NCBI GenBank assembly: GCA_030740155.1
Contig: JASLXV010000080.1
Coordinates: 45,457 to 109,456, forward strand
Source of the DNA: Dehalococcoidia bacterium
GTDB taxonomy: Bacteria; Chloroflexota; Dehalococcoidia; Lucifugimonadales; UBA3495
Length of the DNA stretch: 64,000 nucleotides
Direction of reading: 5' to 3'
Part shown: positions 1 to 14,179 of the stretch, piece after piece
Position numbering within the stretch: position 1 is the stretch's first letter
Layout: every line of letters begins with the position of its first letter
Program-made: the position numbers and the translations under genes
Notes under the pieces: model-generated
The model's input: only the letters and a program-made list of their open reading frames with translations
Databases searched by the model: none
Told to the model about the DNA's origin: nothing

Positions 1-108
1 ATCTCAGCGTGACACCGGGATTCCACGCCTGCGGCTCGGAATCGTTCGCGCCCGGATTGGATAGGTACCGCGGCCGACGAAAATGGACGCTGCCCGGATC
101 CGGGACCT

Positions 109-145
109 TGATGTAGAGGCGGGCTTCAAACCCGCCTCTACATCA
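109..145. repeat. GTAG-type REP-like palindrome, possible terminator after secA
   Basis: TGATGTAGAGGCGGG-cttcaaa-CCCGCCTCTACATCA, 15-bp perfect stem just past the secA stop. Confidence 0.7.
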
Positions 146-177
146 TCGTTCAAATCTTGGTGCACCGGCGCGGCGGG

Positions 178-2814
<2,637 letters not shown>

Positions 2815-3338
2815 CTATTTCGGGTTCCCGCCCGCCGGGCGCCGTTAGGGGCCGGCGGGCGAGGGAACGGTCATAATGATGAGGCGCCGCCCCACTTGCC
2901 GCTTCCGGCGCCGGGCTGGCGGCATCCAGGGACCTCCTCTTGGAAGAACAACAGACATTATCTCTATTGTAGCGAAAGTAGACGGCCGCTGCACACTGGC
3001 TCGGAAGGGTAATGTGCGCAGAAAAGCCGGGAGAGGGCCCTTCAAAGAGCTTTTGCCTGACTGGTAAATGGCGGCGAATCCCGCCCCGGTAAGACGGCGG
3101 GCGAGAACTTCAGCATCGCCTTGGCGGGGGGCCTATGTTTCTGAATAACCGGTACTCAGGTTGAGGGAGGGGTCTACAGGCTGCGTAAATGGCCCGGTGG
3201 GTTGTCTGGTAAACGGCTTTCCACCGGAGAAGATATGGGACAGCCCCTCCCCGCGAGCGGCCCCGATGCAATCAGGGCCGGGATGACGGACCGGGCGCCA
3301 AGCTGCTCAAGAGACACTGGGCTGGATTGCAAGGCCAC

Positions 3339-4412
3339 CTACGAGACGGTACTCTGAACCGCCTGGCCAACTCTCTCGTGGGTCCAGTTCAGCAGCTCCT
3401 CGGTCTCTTCCCATCCGATGCAGGCGTCGGTGATCGAGACGCCGTACTTCAATCGGGGCGGGATTCCATTTAAACTCTGGTTGCCCGGGTTCAGGTGGCT
3501 CTCCAGCATGCAGCCGATGATGTCGGTGTTGCCGGCCACGCGCTGCTCCACCACGGATTTTAAGGCAATGGCCTGCTTGGAATAGTCTTTGGCGGAATTG
3601 CCGTGGCTGCAGTCCACCAGGAGATGGGAGCGGACTCCCGCGGCTTCGAGCTGCATCTTGGACTCGGCGATGGCCTTGGCGCCGTAGTTCGGTCCGTGCC
3701 GGCCACCCCGGAGCACGAGGTGCCCGTCCGGGTTGCCGGTGGTACGGACGATCGCCGTCCGGCCTTCGTGGTCGAGGCCTAGAAAAGCGTGGCTGGAACG
3801 CGCGGAAACCGTCGCGTCGACGGCTATCTGAGCATTGCCGTCGGTGCCGTTCTTGAACCCCACAGGCATACTCAGCCCGCTGGCCATCTGACGATGGGTC
3901 TGGCTCTCGGTGGTACGGGCGCCGATGGTCGCCCAGGTCACCAGGCCCGCCAGATACTGGGGCACCACGGGGTCGAGAAACTCCGAGCCGGCGTACAATC
4001 CCATCTCGGCGATCTTCAAGAGCAAAGTACGGGCCCGGTGCATGCCTGTCTCAATATCAAAGCTGTCGTCCAGGTGGGGATCGTAGATGAACCCCTTCCA
4101 GCCCACCGTTGTCCGCGGCTTCTCAAAGTAGACGCGCATCACTATCAGCAGCCGGTCACTCAGCTTCTTCGAGGATTCGAGAAGCCGCCCCGCGTACTCC
4201 AGGGCAGCTTTCTCGTCATGAATCGAGCATGGCCCGACGACCAGCATGAACCTTGAGTCCAGGCCATTCAAGATGTCGCGGAGCTGCTGCCGGCCGGATA
4301 GCACGGTTTTCTCCGCTTCCGGGCTGACCGGCAGTTTGTTGACCAGATCTAATGGTGAGATGAGCTGCATGGTGCTCTCGATGTGTACGTCCCTGGCGGC
4401 TGATGGCTGCAT
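3339..4412 (-). CDS. 3-deoxy-7-phosphoheptulonate (DAHP) synthase, class I-alpha (AroF/G/H-type)
   Basis: GPCSIHD, RVYFEKPRTTVGWKG, IGARTTESQTHR, DCSHGNS, YGVSITDAC. Start placed at MQPSAARD after an AAGGGGAG RBS. Confidence 0.96.
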   Translation of the reverse strand: MQPSAARDVHIESTMQLISPLDLVNKLPVSPEAEKTVLSGRQQLRDILNGLDSRFMLVVGPCSIHDEKAALEYAGRLLESSKKLSDRLLIVMRVYFEKPRTTVGWKGFIYDPHLDDSFDIETGMHRARTLLLKIAEMGLYAGSEFLDPVVPQYLAGLVTWATIGARTTESQTHRQMASGLSMPVGFKNGTDGNAQIAVDATVSARSSHAFLGLDHEGRTAIVRTTGNPDGHLVLRGGRHGPNYGAKAIAESKMQLEAAGVRSHLLVDCSHGNSAKDYSKQAIALKSVVEQRVAGNTDIIGCMLESHLNPGNQSLNGIPPRLKYGVSITDACIGWEETEELLNWTHERVGQAVQSTVS

Positions 4413-4510
4413 GTCTTCGCTCCCCTTAGTCTCGTGGTAGCGCCGTTCGCCGGCTTCCGGGGGTCCACCTTTCGGTATTGATCGTGCTCTGATCCGGCAT
4501 GATTGCCTCA

Positions 4511-4546
4511 ACACAACAAAACACCCCAACCGCTGCCGGTTGGGGT
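4511..4546 (-). terminator. Attenuator terminator hairpin
   Basis: Minus strand ACCCCAACCG-gcag-CGGTTGGGGT followed by GTTTTGTTGTGTT. Confidence 0.85.
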
Positions 4547-4575
4547 CTTGGTGTTTCCGGGAATCTTGTTCTAGG

Positions 4576-4668
4576 TCATCTGTTTTCGGGCACCAAACCT
4601 CGGCCGGCAGCGCTGGAGCCAGTAAAAAGCCAGTAATACCCGTAAAACCGGTGTGAACTGATCATCAT
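4576..4668 (-). CDS. Aromatic amino acid attenuator leader peptide (30 aa)
   Basis: Translated by hand: MMISSHRFYGYYWLFTGSSAAGRGLVPENR*, with an F-Y-G-Y-Y-W-L-F cluster upstream of the DAHP synthase. Confidence 0.85.
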   Translation of the reverse strand: MMISSHRFYGYYWLFTGSSAAGRGLVPENR

Positions 4669-4673
4669 TATAG

Positions 4674-4701
4674 ATAATACCGCTAATTTCGCGGTTGTCA
4701 A
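4674..4701 (-). promoter_or_regulatory. Sigma70-type promoter for leader peptide and DAHP synthase
   Basis: TTGACA (4701-4696), 16 bp, TATTAT (4679-4674). Confidence 0.6.
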
Positions 4702-4808
4702 TGCCCGCTACCCCAACCCGGTGGCAGCGGCCGACCACCCGCCACGGAGGCTTTGGTTGGCTTGACGGCCTGCCGGGGTCCCGCGGGGTCGAAGCCCCGG
4801 GCCCGCCG

Positions 4809-5819
4809 CTACTCCGCGGTTCCCGTCCGGACGGCGCCGATCAACTCGGTCACGTGGCGAACTCCCGACTGCTCCAGGTATTCCCGGAGCCCTTCCAGGA
4901 TGCGGAAAGGAGACCCCATGTCGACCAGGTTGGCGCTGCCCACCTGGACCGCTGTGGCGCCCGCCAGGATGAACTCGAGGGCGTGGGCAGCTTCGAAGAT
5001 ACCCCCGCAGCCGATGATCGGCACGTCCACGGCCTGGGCGGTGCGGTACACCAGAGAAATGGCAATCGGACGCAGTCCATGGCCGGAAAGGCCGCCGGCG
5101 CCGGCGCCGAGCACCGGCCGGCGGGTCTCCAGGTCGATGGACATCGCCGGGATGGTGTTGGAGATGGTCAGGGCATCGGCTCCCGCGTCCACCGCTGCCC
5201 GAGCGATCTCGGTGATGTCGGGCACGTTGGGCGACAGCTTTACCAAAACCGGCAGGTCGGTCTTGGCCCTCACGGCCCCCACCGCTTCCCCCGCGAGCTT
5301 GGCGCTATGGCTGAACATGGCGCCGTTCTCGATATTGGGGCAGCTCAGGTTGATTTCCAGGGCCTGAAACCCGCTGGCACCCTGGGTCATGGCCGTCATC
5401 TCACCGAATTCCGCGACGCTTTCGGCGGCCAGGCTCAGCACCACGGTGGTGCCCAGCTCGGCCCACTGAGGGGCAGCGTCGGAAAGGGTGGCCTCGATAC
5501 CCGGATTGGCCAGGCCGACAGAGTTGAGGAAAACGAATTCCCCGGCCGCAAATGCCCGGCGAAAGGATTGTGGATACCAGCGCGGCTCCGGGTTGCCCTC
5601 CCTTGGATGGCGGGAGACGGTCTTGGGTATCACGGCGCCCAACAGGCTCAAGTCCAGCTCCGGGGGCATGCCCCGGCCGTATCCGTCGTAGCCGAAGGTG
5701 CCGGAGGCGATTATCACCGGGCTGGCTATATGCAGGTGGTGCCGGTTCCGGGGCGCCAAGTCCACCGCAAGGCCGACATTCTGAGACGCCTCCGGAACTC
5801 CGGCAACCTCTTTACTCAT
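4809..5819 (-). CDS. pyrD: Dihydroorotate dehydrogenase family 1 catalytic subunit
   Basis: [35 protein letters not shown]. Start MSKEV overlaps the rpoC stop. Confidence 0.92.
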   Translation of the reverse strand: MSKEVAGVPEASQNVGLAVDLAPRNRHHLHIASPVIIASGTFGYDGYGRGMPPELDLSLLGAVIPKTVSRHPREGNPEPRWYPQSFRRAFAAGEFVFLNSVGLANPGIEATLSDAAPQWAELGTTVVLSLAAESVAEFGEMTAMTQGASGFQALEINLSCPNIENGAMFSHSAKLAGEAVGAVRAKTDLPVLVKLSPNVPDITEIARAAVDAGADALTISNTIPAMSIDLETRRPVLGAGAGGLSGHGLRPIAISLVYRTAQAVDVPIIGCGGIFEAAHALEFILAGATAVQVGSANLVDMGSPFRILEGLREYLEQSGVRHVTELIGAVRTGTAE

Positions 5820-8800
5820 CGGGCTCGCCGTCGACTTCCTTTCCGCCGTCATCGCCGCTGCCGGACTCCTCTGCCACCGGGGTGTTGTCGTCCGGGGTGT
5901 TCTCGTCGAGGATGGGGTCGCCGCTGCCGGACTCCCCGGCCACCGGGGCGGCATCGCTAGAGTCTTCCCCGCCAAAGATATTGTCCACCTCACCGGGGTC
6001 TATATCCTCGGCGCCTTCCTGAAAGAAGGGGTGGCCCGAGGAAGGTGGCGGTCCCTCCGAGATGGGGAACCGTATATCTTCGGGCCCACTGGGAATTCCC
6101 AGCCAGCCGCCTGGGGCCACCGTCAGCTCCGAAATGATCTCCGGCTCCAAGAGTTGCTCCATGCCTGGGGTATCGATGCGAGCCGGGATCAAGCGGCCGA
6201 TGATTACGTTTTCCTTTAAACCGAGCAGCCAGTCCTGGGCGCCGCTGACCGCCGCCTGGGTGAGAACCCTGGTGGTCTCCTGGAAAGATGCCGCTGACAG
6301 GAAGCTATCGGTGAGCAGAGAGGCCCGGGTAACCCCCAGCAGCACTGGCTTGGCCGTGGCGGGCTCCCCACCCTCGGCCAACACTTTGGCGTTCTTCTCC
6401 TGGAACTCGAATTTGTCCACCATCTGACCCGGAATAAAGTCGGAGTCTCCGGTGGATTCCACCTGGACCCGCCGCAGCATCTGGCGCAGGATTATTTCGA
6501 TGTGTTTGTCGTGAATGCTGACGCCCTGGGATAGGTACACCTGCTGAACCTCATCCACCAGGTACCGTTGCAGATCGTCTTTGCCCCCGATATGAAGGAT
6601 GTCATGGGGATTCAACCGGCCGCCGATGAGGGCGTCGCCGGCCTTGACCTGGGCGCCGTCGCTGACCAGGATGTGGGCCGATGCGGGAATGAGGTGTTCC
6701 CGCTCCTCCACGTCCTCCCAGATGATGGAGATGCCTTCTTTGTTTAGATCCACCCGGCCTCCCATGTTCGCCACCACCTCTTCAGCAGGCGTGGGATCAT
6801 CTTCAGCGGCGGCGCCATTTTCACCGGACAAGGAAATGACGGTGCTGGCCAGGACCATGCCTGGCTCCACGTACTCTCCCTGTTCGACGAGTATCTGGGC
6901 GTCCTTCGGGAGGGAGTAGTCCTCCCGGAACTCCTCCCGGCTAACCATCTTTAGCCGCCGGCCGTCTTCGTCGACCTCTATCTCCACCGTGCCGTCGATG
7001 TCCGCCAAGATGGCGGCCCCTTTGGGGACACGGGCTTCGAACAGCTCTTCCACTCGGGGCAGGCCGCTGGTGATGTCCAGGCCGGCAACGCCTCCGGTGT
7101 GGAAGGTCCTCATGGTCAGCTGGGTGCCCGGCTCGCCGATGCTCTGGGCGGCGATGATGCCCACCGCCTGGCCTTCTTCCACCGTGAACCCGGTGGCCGG
7201 CAACCGGCCGTAACACATTTGGCAAACGCCTCGGTGGGCTTCGCAGTTCAGCGGTGACCGCACTGGGATCTCGTTCACGCCGGCTTCCACCAACTGGTCG
7301 GCGATACGTTTGTCGATATCCTGGTTCCGGTCTACCAGTATCTCCCCGGTCTCTGGATGAGCAACGGGGGCCGCCGAGTACCGGCCCACCAGGCGATCTC
7401 GCATCGACACATGCATTGGATCGTCGGGACGGACGTATACCCAATAGGCGTCATAGGTGCCGCAGTCGCTCTCCAGGACGATTACTTCCTGAGCTATGTC
7501 GATCAACCGGCGGGTCAGATACCCGCTGTCGGCGGTCCGCAACGCGGTGTCGGCCAGACCTTTGCGGGCTCCGTGGGTGGAGATGAAGTACTCCAGCGCG
7601 GTCAGCCCCTCGCGGAAGCTGGACTTGATGGGCAGGTCGATGATCCGCCCCTTGGGGTTGCTCATCAGGCCGCGCATGCCGGCCATCTGTTTGATCTGGG
7701 AAATGTTACCCTTGGCCCCCGACCGCGCCATTACCGCGATGCCGCCGTAGTTGGACAACTCCTCTTCCACTAGTGCCGTGGTCTGGTCCGAGGCCTTGGT
7801 CCAGACCTCCACCGCATTGTTGTAGCGTTCCTCCTCGGAGATGAGGCCGGAGAGGAACTGCTCATCGAGATTGGCGACCAGCTTGGTTGCCCGGTTCAAT
7901 ATCTCCGGCTTTTTGACCGACACCTGGATGTCGTTGATGGCGATGGTGATGCCTGAAGCGGTGGCGTAGTGAAAGCCCAACTCCTTAATCGCGTCCAACG
8001 CCTGCGCCGTCTCGTCGTTGGTTAGACTATGGTAGAGTTCCGCGGTCAGCTCTTTCAGGCAGCCTCGGTCCATTAACTTGTTTTGGAAGCCGATGGACGA
8101 AGGCAAGATCTCGTTGAATATCAGACGGCCCAAGGTGGTTTCCGTCCAGTCGTCACCATCGGTGCCCTCGACGGTCCGCACGAAGATGCGGGCCTGGAGG
8201 CCGATGAGCCCCGACGCATGGGCGATCCGCGCCTCGTCGAAGTCGTAGAACCGGCGCCCCTCGCCAACGCTGCCTTCCCGCAACTCGGTGAGGTAGAAGC
8301 AGCCCATTACCATGTCCAGGGTGGGTGCGACCAGCGGGTCCCCGGAGGCGGGCGACAGCATATTGTGGGTGCTCAGCATGGTCTCGCGGGCTTCCAGCAC
8401 CGCCATCCTCGAAAGAGGCACGTGGACCGCCATCTGGTCGCCGTCGAAGTCCGCGTTGAACGCGGAGCACACCAGGGGGTGAATCTGGATGGCGTTGCCT
8501 TCGATGAGCACCGGCATGAAGGCCTGGATGCCCAGCCGGTGCAAGGTGGGCGCCCGGTTCAGCATCACCGGCCGGTCTTTGATCACGTCTTCCAGGATGT
8601 CCCAAACCTCGGGCCGGGCCCGCTCCACCATTCGCTTGGCGTTCTTGATGTTGGGGGCGATTCCCAAGACGGCCAGGCGGTGCATCACGAAGGGCTTGAA
8701 CAGCTCCAGCGCCATCCGCTTGGGCAGGCCACACTGGTGCATCTTGAGTTCCGGCCCGACCACGATCACGGAGCGGCCGCTGTAGTCCACCCGCTTGCCC

Positions 8801-10071
8801 AACAGGTTCTGGCGGAAGCGGCCTTGCTTGCCGCGCAGCAGGTCGGACAGGGACTTGAGCTTGTGATTATGGCTTCCCTGGATGGGGCGGCCCCGGCGCC
8901 CGTTGTCGATCAGGGCGTCCACCGCCTCCTGGAGCATCCGCTTTTCGTTGCGGATAATTATCTCTGGCGCTCCCAGGTCGGTGAGGCGCTTCAACCGGTT
9001 GTTCCGGTTGATGACCCGGCGGTAGAGGTCGTTGAGGTCGCTGGTGGCGAACCGGCCTCCATCCAGCTGGACCATGGGCCGCAGCTCCGGAGGCAGAACC
9101 GGCAGCACGGAGAGGATCATGTCTGCTACCCGGTTATCGCTGTTGCGGAAGGACTCGACGACCCGCAGCCGCTTGATGGCCTTCTTACGCCGCTGGCCGG
9201 AGGTGGAATGCATCTCGTGGATCAGGTACTCTCGCAGGGCTTCCAGGTCGATGGTCCTCAGGATGGCCAGGATGGCCTCGGCCCCCATTGCCGCCTGGAA
9301 GACCTTGCCGTAATGCTCTTTAAGCTCCCGGTAGCGGGATTCGGCGATGAGCTTGTGGACCCGCAGGTCTTGAAGCTCGTCGATCACGGTTTGGAACTGC
9401 TCTTCCAGCTGTGACTCTTCCAGGGTCAGCTGGGCGTTAATGGCGTCGATCTCAGCCTGGGCGGCCTGTTGCTCGACCTGCGCTTCCGGGCCGGCTTCGG
9501 GGCTGATTTCAGCTTCAACGGTTGCGGTTAGTTCCAGGGTCCGCTCCGCGGCGGTCCGGCGGCGCTTCTCGACCTCATTCTCCAACTTGGCCCGCTCTTC
9601 CTCAACGGACTCCTGCCTGGCCTCCTCGTCCACGGATACGATGATGTGCTGGGCGAAATAGAGGACCCGCTCCAGGTTTCTGGGAGAGAGGTCTAAAAGG
9701 AGGCCAAGCCGGCTGGGCGTGGTTTTGCTGAACCAGATGTGGGCGACCGGGGCCGCGAGCCGGATGTGGCCCATGCGCTCGCGCCGCACCTTGGATCGGG
9801 TTACCTCCACGCCGCACCGGTCACAGATGACTCCCCGGTAGCGGATCCGCTTGTACTTGCCGCAGAAGCACTCCCAGTCCTTGGTTGGGCCGAAAAGCCG
9901 CTCGCAGAAAAGACCGTCTTTCTCCGGCCGTAGGGTGCGGTAGTTAATGGTTTCCGGTTTGGTGACCTCGCCGTGGGACCAGTTTAATATCTGCTCTGGA
10001 GAGGCGATGGATATTCGAATAGCGTTGAAATTGGTGCCCTGGGAATCGGTTCTGTCTGCCATCCTTACCAT
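5812..10071 (-). CDS. rpoC: RNA polymerase beta' subunit
   Basis: [12 protein letters not shown] catalytic motif, N-terminal zinc finger, [12 protein letters not shown]. Confidence 0.99.
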   Translation of the reverse strand: MVRMADRTDSQGTNFNAIRISIASPEQILNWSHGEVTKPETINYRTLRPEKDGLFCERLFGPTKDWECFCGKYKRIRYRGVICDRCGVEVTRSKVRRERMGHIRLAAPVAHIWFSKTTPSRLGLLLDLSPRNLERVLYFAQHIIVSVDEEARQESVEEERAKLENEVEKRRRTAAERTLELTATVEAEISPEAGPEAQVEQQAAQAEIDAINAQLTLEESQLEEQFQTVIDELQDLRVHKLIAESRYRELKEHYGKVFQAAMGAEAILAILRTIDLEALREYLIHEMHSTSGQRRKKAIKRLRVVESFRNSDNRVADMILSVLPVLPPELRPMVQLDGGRFATSDLNDLYRRVINRNNRLKRLTDLGAPEIIIRNEKRMLQEAVDALIDNGRRGRPIQGSHNHKLKSLSDLLRGKQGRFRQNLLGKRVDYSGRSVIVVGPELKMHQCGLPKRMALELFKPFVMHRLAVLGIAPNIKNAKRMVERARPEVWDILEDVIKDRPVMLNRAPTLHRLGIQAFMPVLIEGNAIQIHPLVCSAFNADFDGDQMAVHVPLSRMAVLEARETMLSTHNMLSPASGDPLVAPTLDMVMGCFYLTELREGSVGEGRRFYDFDEARIAHASGLIGLQARIFVRTVEGTDGDDWTETTLGRLIFNEILPSSIGFQNKLMDRGCLKELTAELYHSLTNDETAQALDAIKELGFHYATASGITIAINDIQVSVKKPEILNRATKLVANLDEQFLSGLISEEERYNNAVEVWTKASDQTTALVEEELSNYGGIAVMARSGAKGNISQIKQMAGMRGLMSNPKGRIIDLPIKSSFREGLTALEYFISTHGARKGLADTALRTADSGYLTRRLIDIAQEVIVLESDCGTYDAYWVYVRPDDPMHVSMRDRLVGRYSAAPVAHPETGEILVDRNQDIDKRIADQLVEAGVNEIPVRSPLNCEAHRGVCQMCYGRLPATGFTVEEGQAVGIIAAQSIGEPGTQLTMRTFHTGGVAGLDITSGLPRVEELFEARVPKGAAILADIDGTVEIEVDEDGRRLKMVSREEFREDYSLPKDAQILVEQGEYVEPGMVLASTVISLSGENGAAAEDDPTPAEEVVANMGGRVDLNKEGISIIWEDVEEREHLIPASAHILVSDGAQVKAGDALIGGRLNPHDILHIGGKDDLQRYLVDEVQQVYLSQGVSIHDKHIEIILRQMLRRVQVESTGDSDFIPGQMVDKFEFQEKNAKVLAEGGEPATAKPVLLGVTRASLLTDSFLSAASFQETTRVLTQAAVSGAQDWLLGLKENVIIGRLIPARIDTPGMEQLLEPEIISELTVAPGGWLGIPSGPEDIRFPISEGPPPSSGHPFFQEGAEDIDPGEVDNIFGGEDSSDAAPVAGESGSGDPILDENTPDDNTPVAEESGSGDDGGKEVDGEPDE

Positions 10072-13000
10072 TAAATCGTCTCCAGTGGTAGATAAAGCTC
10101 GGTGTCATCGGAGGTTCTCCGGGTTAGTGAAGGCCGGTCGTCCTCATTCAACAGCTCCACGGACAGCCCCAGGCTCTGGAGTTCCTTGAGCAAGACGTTG
10201 AATGATTCCGGCACTCCGGGCTGGCCGATGGGCTCGCCTTTCACTACTGCCTCGTAGGTCTTGACACGCCCCGCCACATCATCGGATTTTACCGTCAACA
10301 CCTCCTGCAAGTTGTAGGCCGCGCTGTAGGCTTCCAGTGCCCAGACTTCCATCTCGCCGAACCGCTGGCCGCCGAATTGGGCCTTCCCGCCCAGCGGCTG
10401 CTGGGTGATCATGGAATAAGGCCCGGTTGACCGGGCGTGGATCTTGTCTTCCACAAGGTGAATGAGTTTCAAAATGTAGATGCTGCCCACCGTTACCAGT
10501 TGGTCGAAGGGCTCTCCGCTACGGCCGTCGAATAGCTCGAACTTGCCAAAGGTGGGGGGTGAGATACGTTTTTCACGGTGGACCTTCAACGCCAAGTCGT
10601 GCAACTCGGCGGGGTCCAGCCCTTCCGTTTCTTCGCCGGCCGCGTCCTTAAGCCATAGACGCAAGCACGCCGCTTGGGCCGCTCCCCTCACCGATTCATC
10701 GAAGAGGTGCCGGCCATCGAAGCCCCTCTCCTCCAGCCAGCTATACGCCCGGGAGTAGTCGATCCAGGGAGCGTCGTCGTTGGGGCTGGCCTCGTTGGCC
10801 TCGGCTTGCTGAACGAACCAGACCCGGGCCAGGGCGTCTTCAATGGAGACATCCCGGGCGCCGTCGAACACCGGCGTGTTGGCCCGGAAGTGCAGGTTAT
10901 GGGCCGCCCAGCCAAGGTGGGTTTCCAGCACCTGCCCAAGGTTCATCCGAGAAGGTACACCGATGGGGTTCAGGATGATGTCCACCGGGACGCCGTCGGC
11001 CAGGTAGGGCATGTCCTCCTCGGGCAGGATGCGGGCGACGACACCCTTGTTGCCGTGACGGCCGGCCATCTTGTCCCCGACGGATATCTTCCGGGTCTGG
11101 GCAATCCACACGCGTACTGCTTCGTTGACGCCGGGCGATAGGTCGTCCCGGTTGGCCCGGTCCAGCACCTTAACGTCGATGACCTTGCCTCGCTCGCCGT
11201 GAGGCACCCGCAAGGAGGTGTCTTTAACGTCGCGGGACTTTTCTCCGAAGATGGCTCGCAGCAGCTTCTCTTCCGCGGTAAGCTCGGTTTCACCCTTGGG
11301 GGTAACCTTGCCCACCAGAATGTCCCCGGGACCGACATCGGCGCCGACTCGAATGATGCCCCTCTCGTCCAGGTCGCGGAGACTTGCCTCACCCACGTTC
11401 GGGATGTCCCTGGTGATCTCCTCGGGACCCAGCTTGGTTTCCCGGGCTTCCATCTCGTGTTTCTCGATGTGGGTCGAGGTGAAGTAGTCGTCCTTGACCA
11501 GCCTCTCGCTGACGATGATGGCGTCCTCGTAGTTGTAGCCCTCCCAAGACATGAAGGCGACCACCACGTTCTGGCCCAGGGCCAAATCCCCGTGGTCGGT
11601 GGAAGAGCTGTCGGCCAGAACGTCCCCCCTGTCCACGGTGTCGCCCTTGGCCACGATTGCCCGCTGGTCGAAGCAGGTCCCCTGGTTGGTGCGGGCAAAT
11701 TTAATCAGAGGGTGATTGTGCGCTTCCCCCTCTCGGTCCATGACCACGATCTCGCGGCCGGTTACCGCCGTCACCGTGCCGGACGTCAGGGAGAGCACCA
11801 CCTGGCCGCTGTCCCGGGCCACCCGGCTCTCGATCCCGGTGCCCACCACCGGCGCCTGGGGCCGGAGTAGCGGCACCGCCTGGCGCTGCATGTTGGATCC
11901 CATGAGGGCGCGGTTGGCGTCGTCATGCTCCAGGAACGGGATGAGGGCTGCCGACACGCTCATGATTTGCATCGGGGAGACGTCCATCAGGTCTACGGAG
12001 TCCGGCGTGTCCTCGGTATAGGTCTCACCGACCCGGACTTCCACCCGGTCTTCAATGAACTGGTTCCGGCGGTCCAACAGGGAGTTGGCCTGGGCCACCC
12101 GGAAGGTCTCCTCTTGGTCTGCCGATAGGTAGATGACTTCGTCCTCACCGGAGGCCACGAAAGGCCGGACGGGCACCGACGTGCCCTGAGGCAGCTCGCG
12201 CACTGCGGCGAGCTTCTTACCGTTGATGAGCCTTCCCTTGGCGACGATAAGCTGGCCGGATTCATCCACCACGTCAGCGCCGGCGATGCGCCCGTCCATC
12301 TCCGGGGCGTCGCTGGGCAGGCTCTTCAATACCCGGCGATACGGGGACTCGATGAAGCCGTAGGCGTTGATCCGGGCGTAGGATGCCAGAGAGCTGAGCA
12401 GGCCGATGTTGGGGCCTTCCGGCGTCTCAATGGGGCAAATCCGCCCGTAGTGGGAGAAGTGGACGTCCCGCACGTCGAACCCGGCCCGTTCCCTGGATAG
12501 GCCACCGGGGCCCAGGGCCGACAGGCGGCGCTTGTGGGTCAACTCGGCCAGGGGGTTGGTCTGGTCCATGAATTGGGACAACTGGGAGCCCCCGAAGAAC
12601 TCCCTGACCGCCGCTACCACCGGCCGAATGTTGACCAGACCCTGGGGGGCGGCGGTTTCCGGGTCCACCAGGGTCATCTTCTCCTTGACCATCCGCTCCA
12701 TGCGCAGCAGGCCGACGCGCACCTGGTTTTGCACCAACTCGCCCACGGCCCTAACCCGGCGGTTGCCCAGGTGGTCGATGTCGTCGGGGCGTCCCTGTCC
12801 CTGGTTAACCAGGATCATGGTGCGAATTACGGCCACCACGTCGTCCAGGCTCAGGGTCATCAGCGAGGAGTTGCTGGTCTGGGCCAGCCTGCGGTTCAGC
12901 TTGTAGCGGCCCACCCGGCCCAGGTCGTAGCGCCGGGCGCTGAAGAACAGGTTCCGGATCAGGTTTCGAGAGTTTTCCAGGCTGGGAGGCTCGCCCGGCC

Positions 13001-13847
13001 GCAGACGCCGGTAGAACTCGATCTGGGCGGCGGCGATGCGCTTGGCCTGTTCGCTGACGAACTCGAAATCGGGACGGAGCCACTCCCAGAGGGAGCGTAG
13101 GTCGTCTTCCCGGAAGTTCATATCCTTGACTTCAGAGGCAGGGTCCCGGTCCAGGGTGGACTGAATGTACCGGTGGTTTTCGTCGGTGTCCACCTCCTCG
13201 AACAGTTCGAGCAATTCTTCGTCTGTGGCCACTCCCAGCGCCCGGAGGAAGGTAGTGGCCGACACCTTGCGTTTGCGGTCTACCTTGACCGAGAGCACAT
13301 CCTTGGAGCTGGTTTCGAATTCCAACCAGGCGCCCCGGGAGGGGATCAGCTTGGCGAAGCAAAGGCTCCGGTCGCTCGCCAGGTTCTTCTCGTACACGAA
13401 GTAGATGCCGGGGGAACGCACCAGCTGGCTGACCACCACGCGCTCGGCGCCGTTTATAATGAAGGTGCCATTGGGAGTCATCATGGGTATATCACCCATG
13501 AATATCTCCTGTTCCTTGATCTCCCCGGTGTCTTTCATCACTAGACGGGTTTTGACGTAGAGGGGCTGGGAGAAGGTGATTTCCCGTTCTTTGCTCTCTT
13601 GAGGAGTGTATTTGGGTGTCCAGAAGTAGTGTTCCTGGAAATGAAGTTCGTACTTCTTTCCGGTGTAGTCTTCAATGGGAGAGATTTCCACGTAGACTTC
13701 GCGGAGCGCATCGGTCTTGAACCAGTCCCAAGACTGGATCTGGCCCTGGATGAGGTTGGGGACATCTAATACTTGCGGGATTCGGGCGTAAGACTTAATA
13801 TCAGGAAGTTGCAAAGCATGTCTATCCGGCGCAGGGGGCAAACCCAT
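10071..13847 (-). CDS. rpoB: RNA polymerase beta subunit
   Basis: [44 protein letters not shown] overlap with rpoC. Confidence 0.99.
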   Translation of the reverse strand: MGLPPAPDRHALQLPDIKSYARIPQVLDVPNLIQGQIQSWDWFKTDALREVYVEISPIEDYTGKKYELHFQEHYFWTPKYTPQESKEREITFSQPLYVKTRLVMKDTGEIKEQEIFMGDIPMMTPNGTFIINGAERVVVSQLVRSPGIYFVYEKNLASDRSLCFAKLIPSRGAWLEFETSSKDVLSVKVDRKRKVSATTFLRALGVATDEELLELFEEVDTDENHRYIQSTLDRDPASEVKDMNFREDDLRSLWEWLRPDFEFVSEQAKRIAAAQIEFYRRLRPGEPPSLENSRNLIRNLFFSARRYDLGRVGRYKLNRRLAQTSNSSLMTLSLDDVVAVIRTMILVNQGQGRPDDIDHLGNRRVRAVGELVQNQVRVGLLRMERMVKEKMTLVDPETAAPQGLVNIRPVVAAVREFFGGSQLSQFMDQTNPLAELTHKRRLSALGPGGLSRERAGFDVRDVHFSHYGRICPIETPEGPNIGLLSSLASYARINAYGFIESPYRRVLKSLPSDAPEMDGRIAGADVVDESGQLIVAKGRLINGKKLAAVRELPQGTSVPVRPFVASGEDEVIYLSADQEETFRVAQANSLLDRRNQFIEDRVEVRVGETYTEDTPDSVDLMDVSPMQIMSVSAALIPFLEHDDANRALMGSNMQRQAVPLLRPQAPVVGTGIESRVARDSGQVVLSLTSGTVTAVTGREIVVMDREGEAHNHPLIKFARTNQGTCFDQRAIVAKGDTVDRGDVLADSSSTDHGDLALGQNVVVAFMSWEGYNYEDAIIVSERLVKDDYFTSTHIEKHEMEARETKLGPEEITRDIPNVGEASLRDLDERGIIRVGADVGPGDILVGKVTPKGETELTAEEKLLRAIFGEKSRDVKDTSLRVPHGERGKVIDVKVLDRANRDDLSPGVNEAVRVWIAQTRKISVGDKMAGRHGNKGVVARILPEEDMPYLADGVPVDIILNPIGVPSRMNLGQVLETHLGWAAHNLHFRANTPVFDGARDVSIEDALARVWFVQQAEANEASPNDDAPWIDYSRAYSWLEERGFDGRHLFDESVRGAAQAACLRLWLKDAAGEETEGLDPAELHDLALKVHREKRISPPTFGKFELFDGRSGEPFDQLVTVGSIYILKLIHLVEDKIHARSTGPYSMITQQPLGGKAQFGGQRFGEMEVWALEAYSAAYNLQEVLTVKSDDVAGRVKTYEAVVKGEPIGQPGVPESFNVLLKELQSLGLSVELLNEDDRPSLTRRTSDDTELYLPLETI

Positions 13848-13984
13848 TTCCCATTCTCCTCAGGGCGAGTGAATAAATCGGTCGGGGTGACCGGAGCAAC
13901 GGCTCGAAAGAGGAATTACTTAAGTCGAGGTCGGCTAGAGGGATGACAGAAGTCGTGGCTTGTGGCATATACCCGTAACCTTTT

Positions 13985-14012
13985 ATTATACAGGCACGCC
14001 GCTTGTTGTCAA
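13985..14012 (-). promoter_or_regulatory. Consensus sigma70 promoter of rpoB-rpoC-pyrD
   Basis: TTGACA, 16 bp, TATAAT on the minus strand about 140 bp upstream of rpoB. Confidence 0.75.
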
Positions 14013-14179
14013 GAGTTTACATGTGAATATTGCCGCGAGTTCACCATACCACTCCAACCGAGAGGGGACGGGCTCTCTGTCGTCGTGACTCCGGAACATT
14101 CGGCCAACCGTGATGAGACCTCCAGCCTCCCTGGCTCCTTGTCTGGACTCCACGGCCCGCGGCGATTAGCTGGCCTACG

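Noticed and set aside
2815..3338. Small ORFs or ncRNA between secA and the DAHP synthase
   Set aside because: No recognisable motif, RBS or structure that I can support
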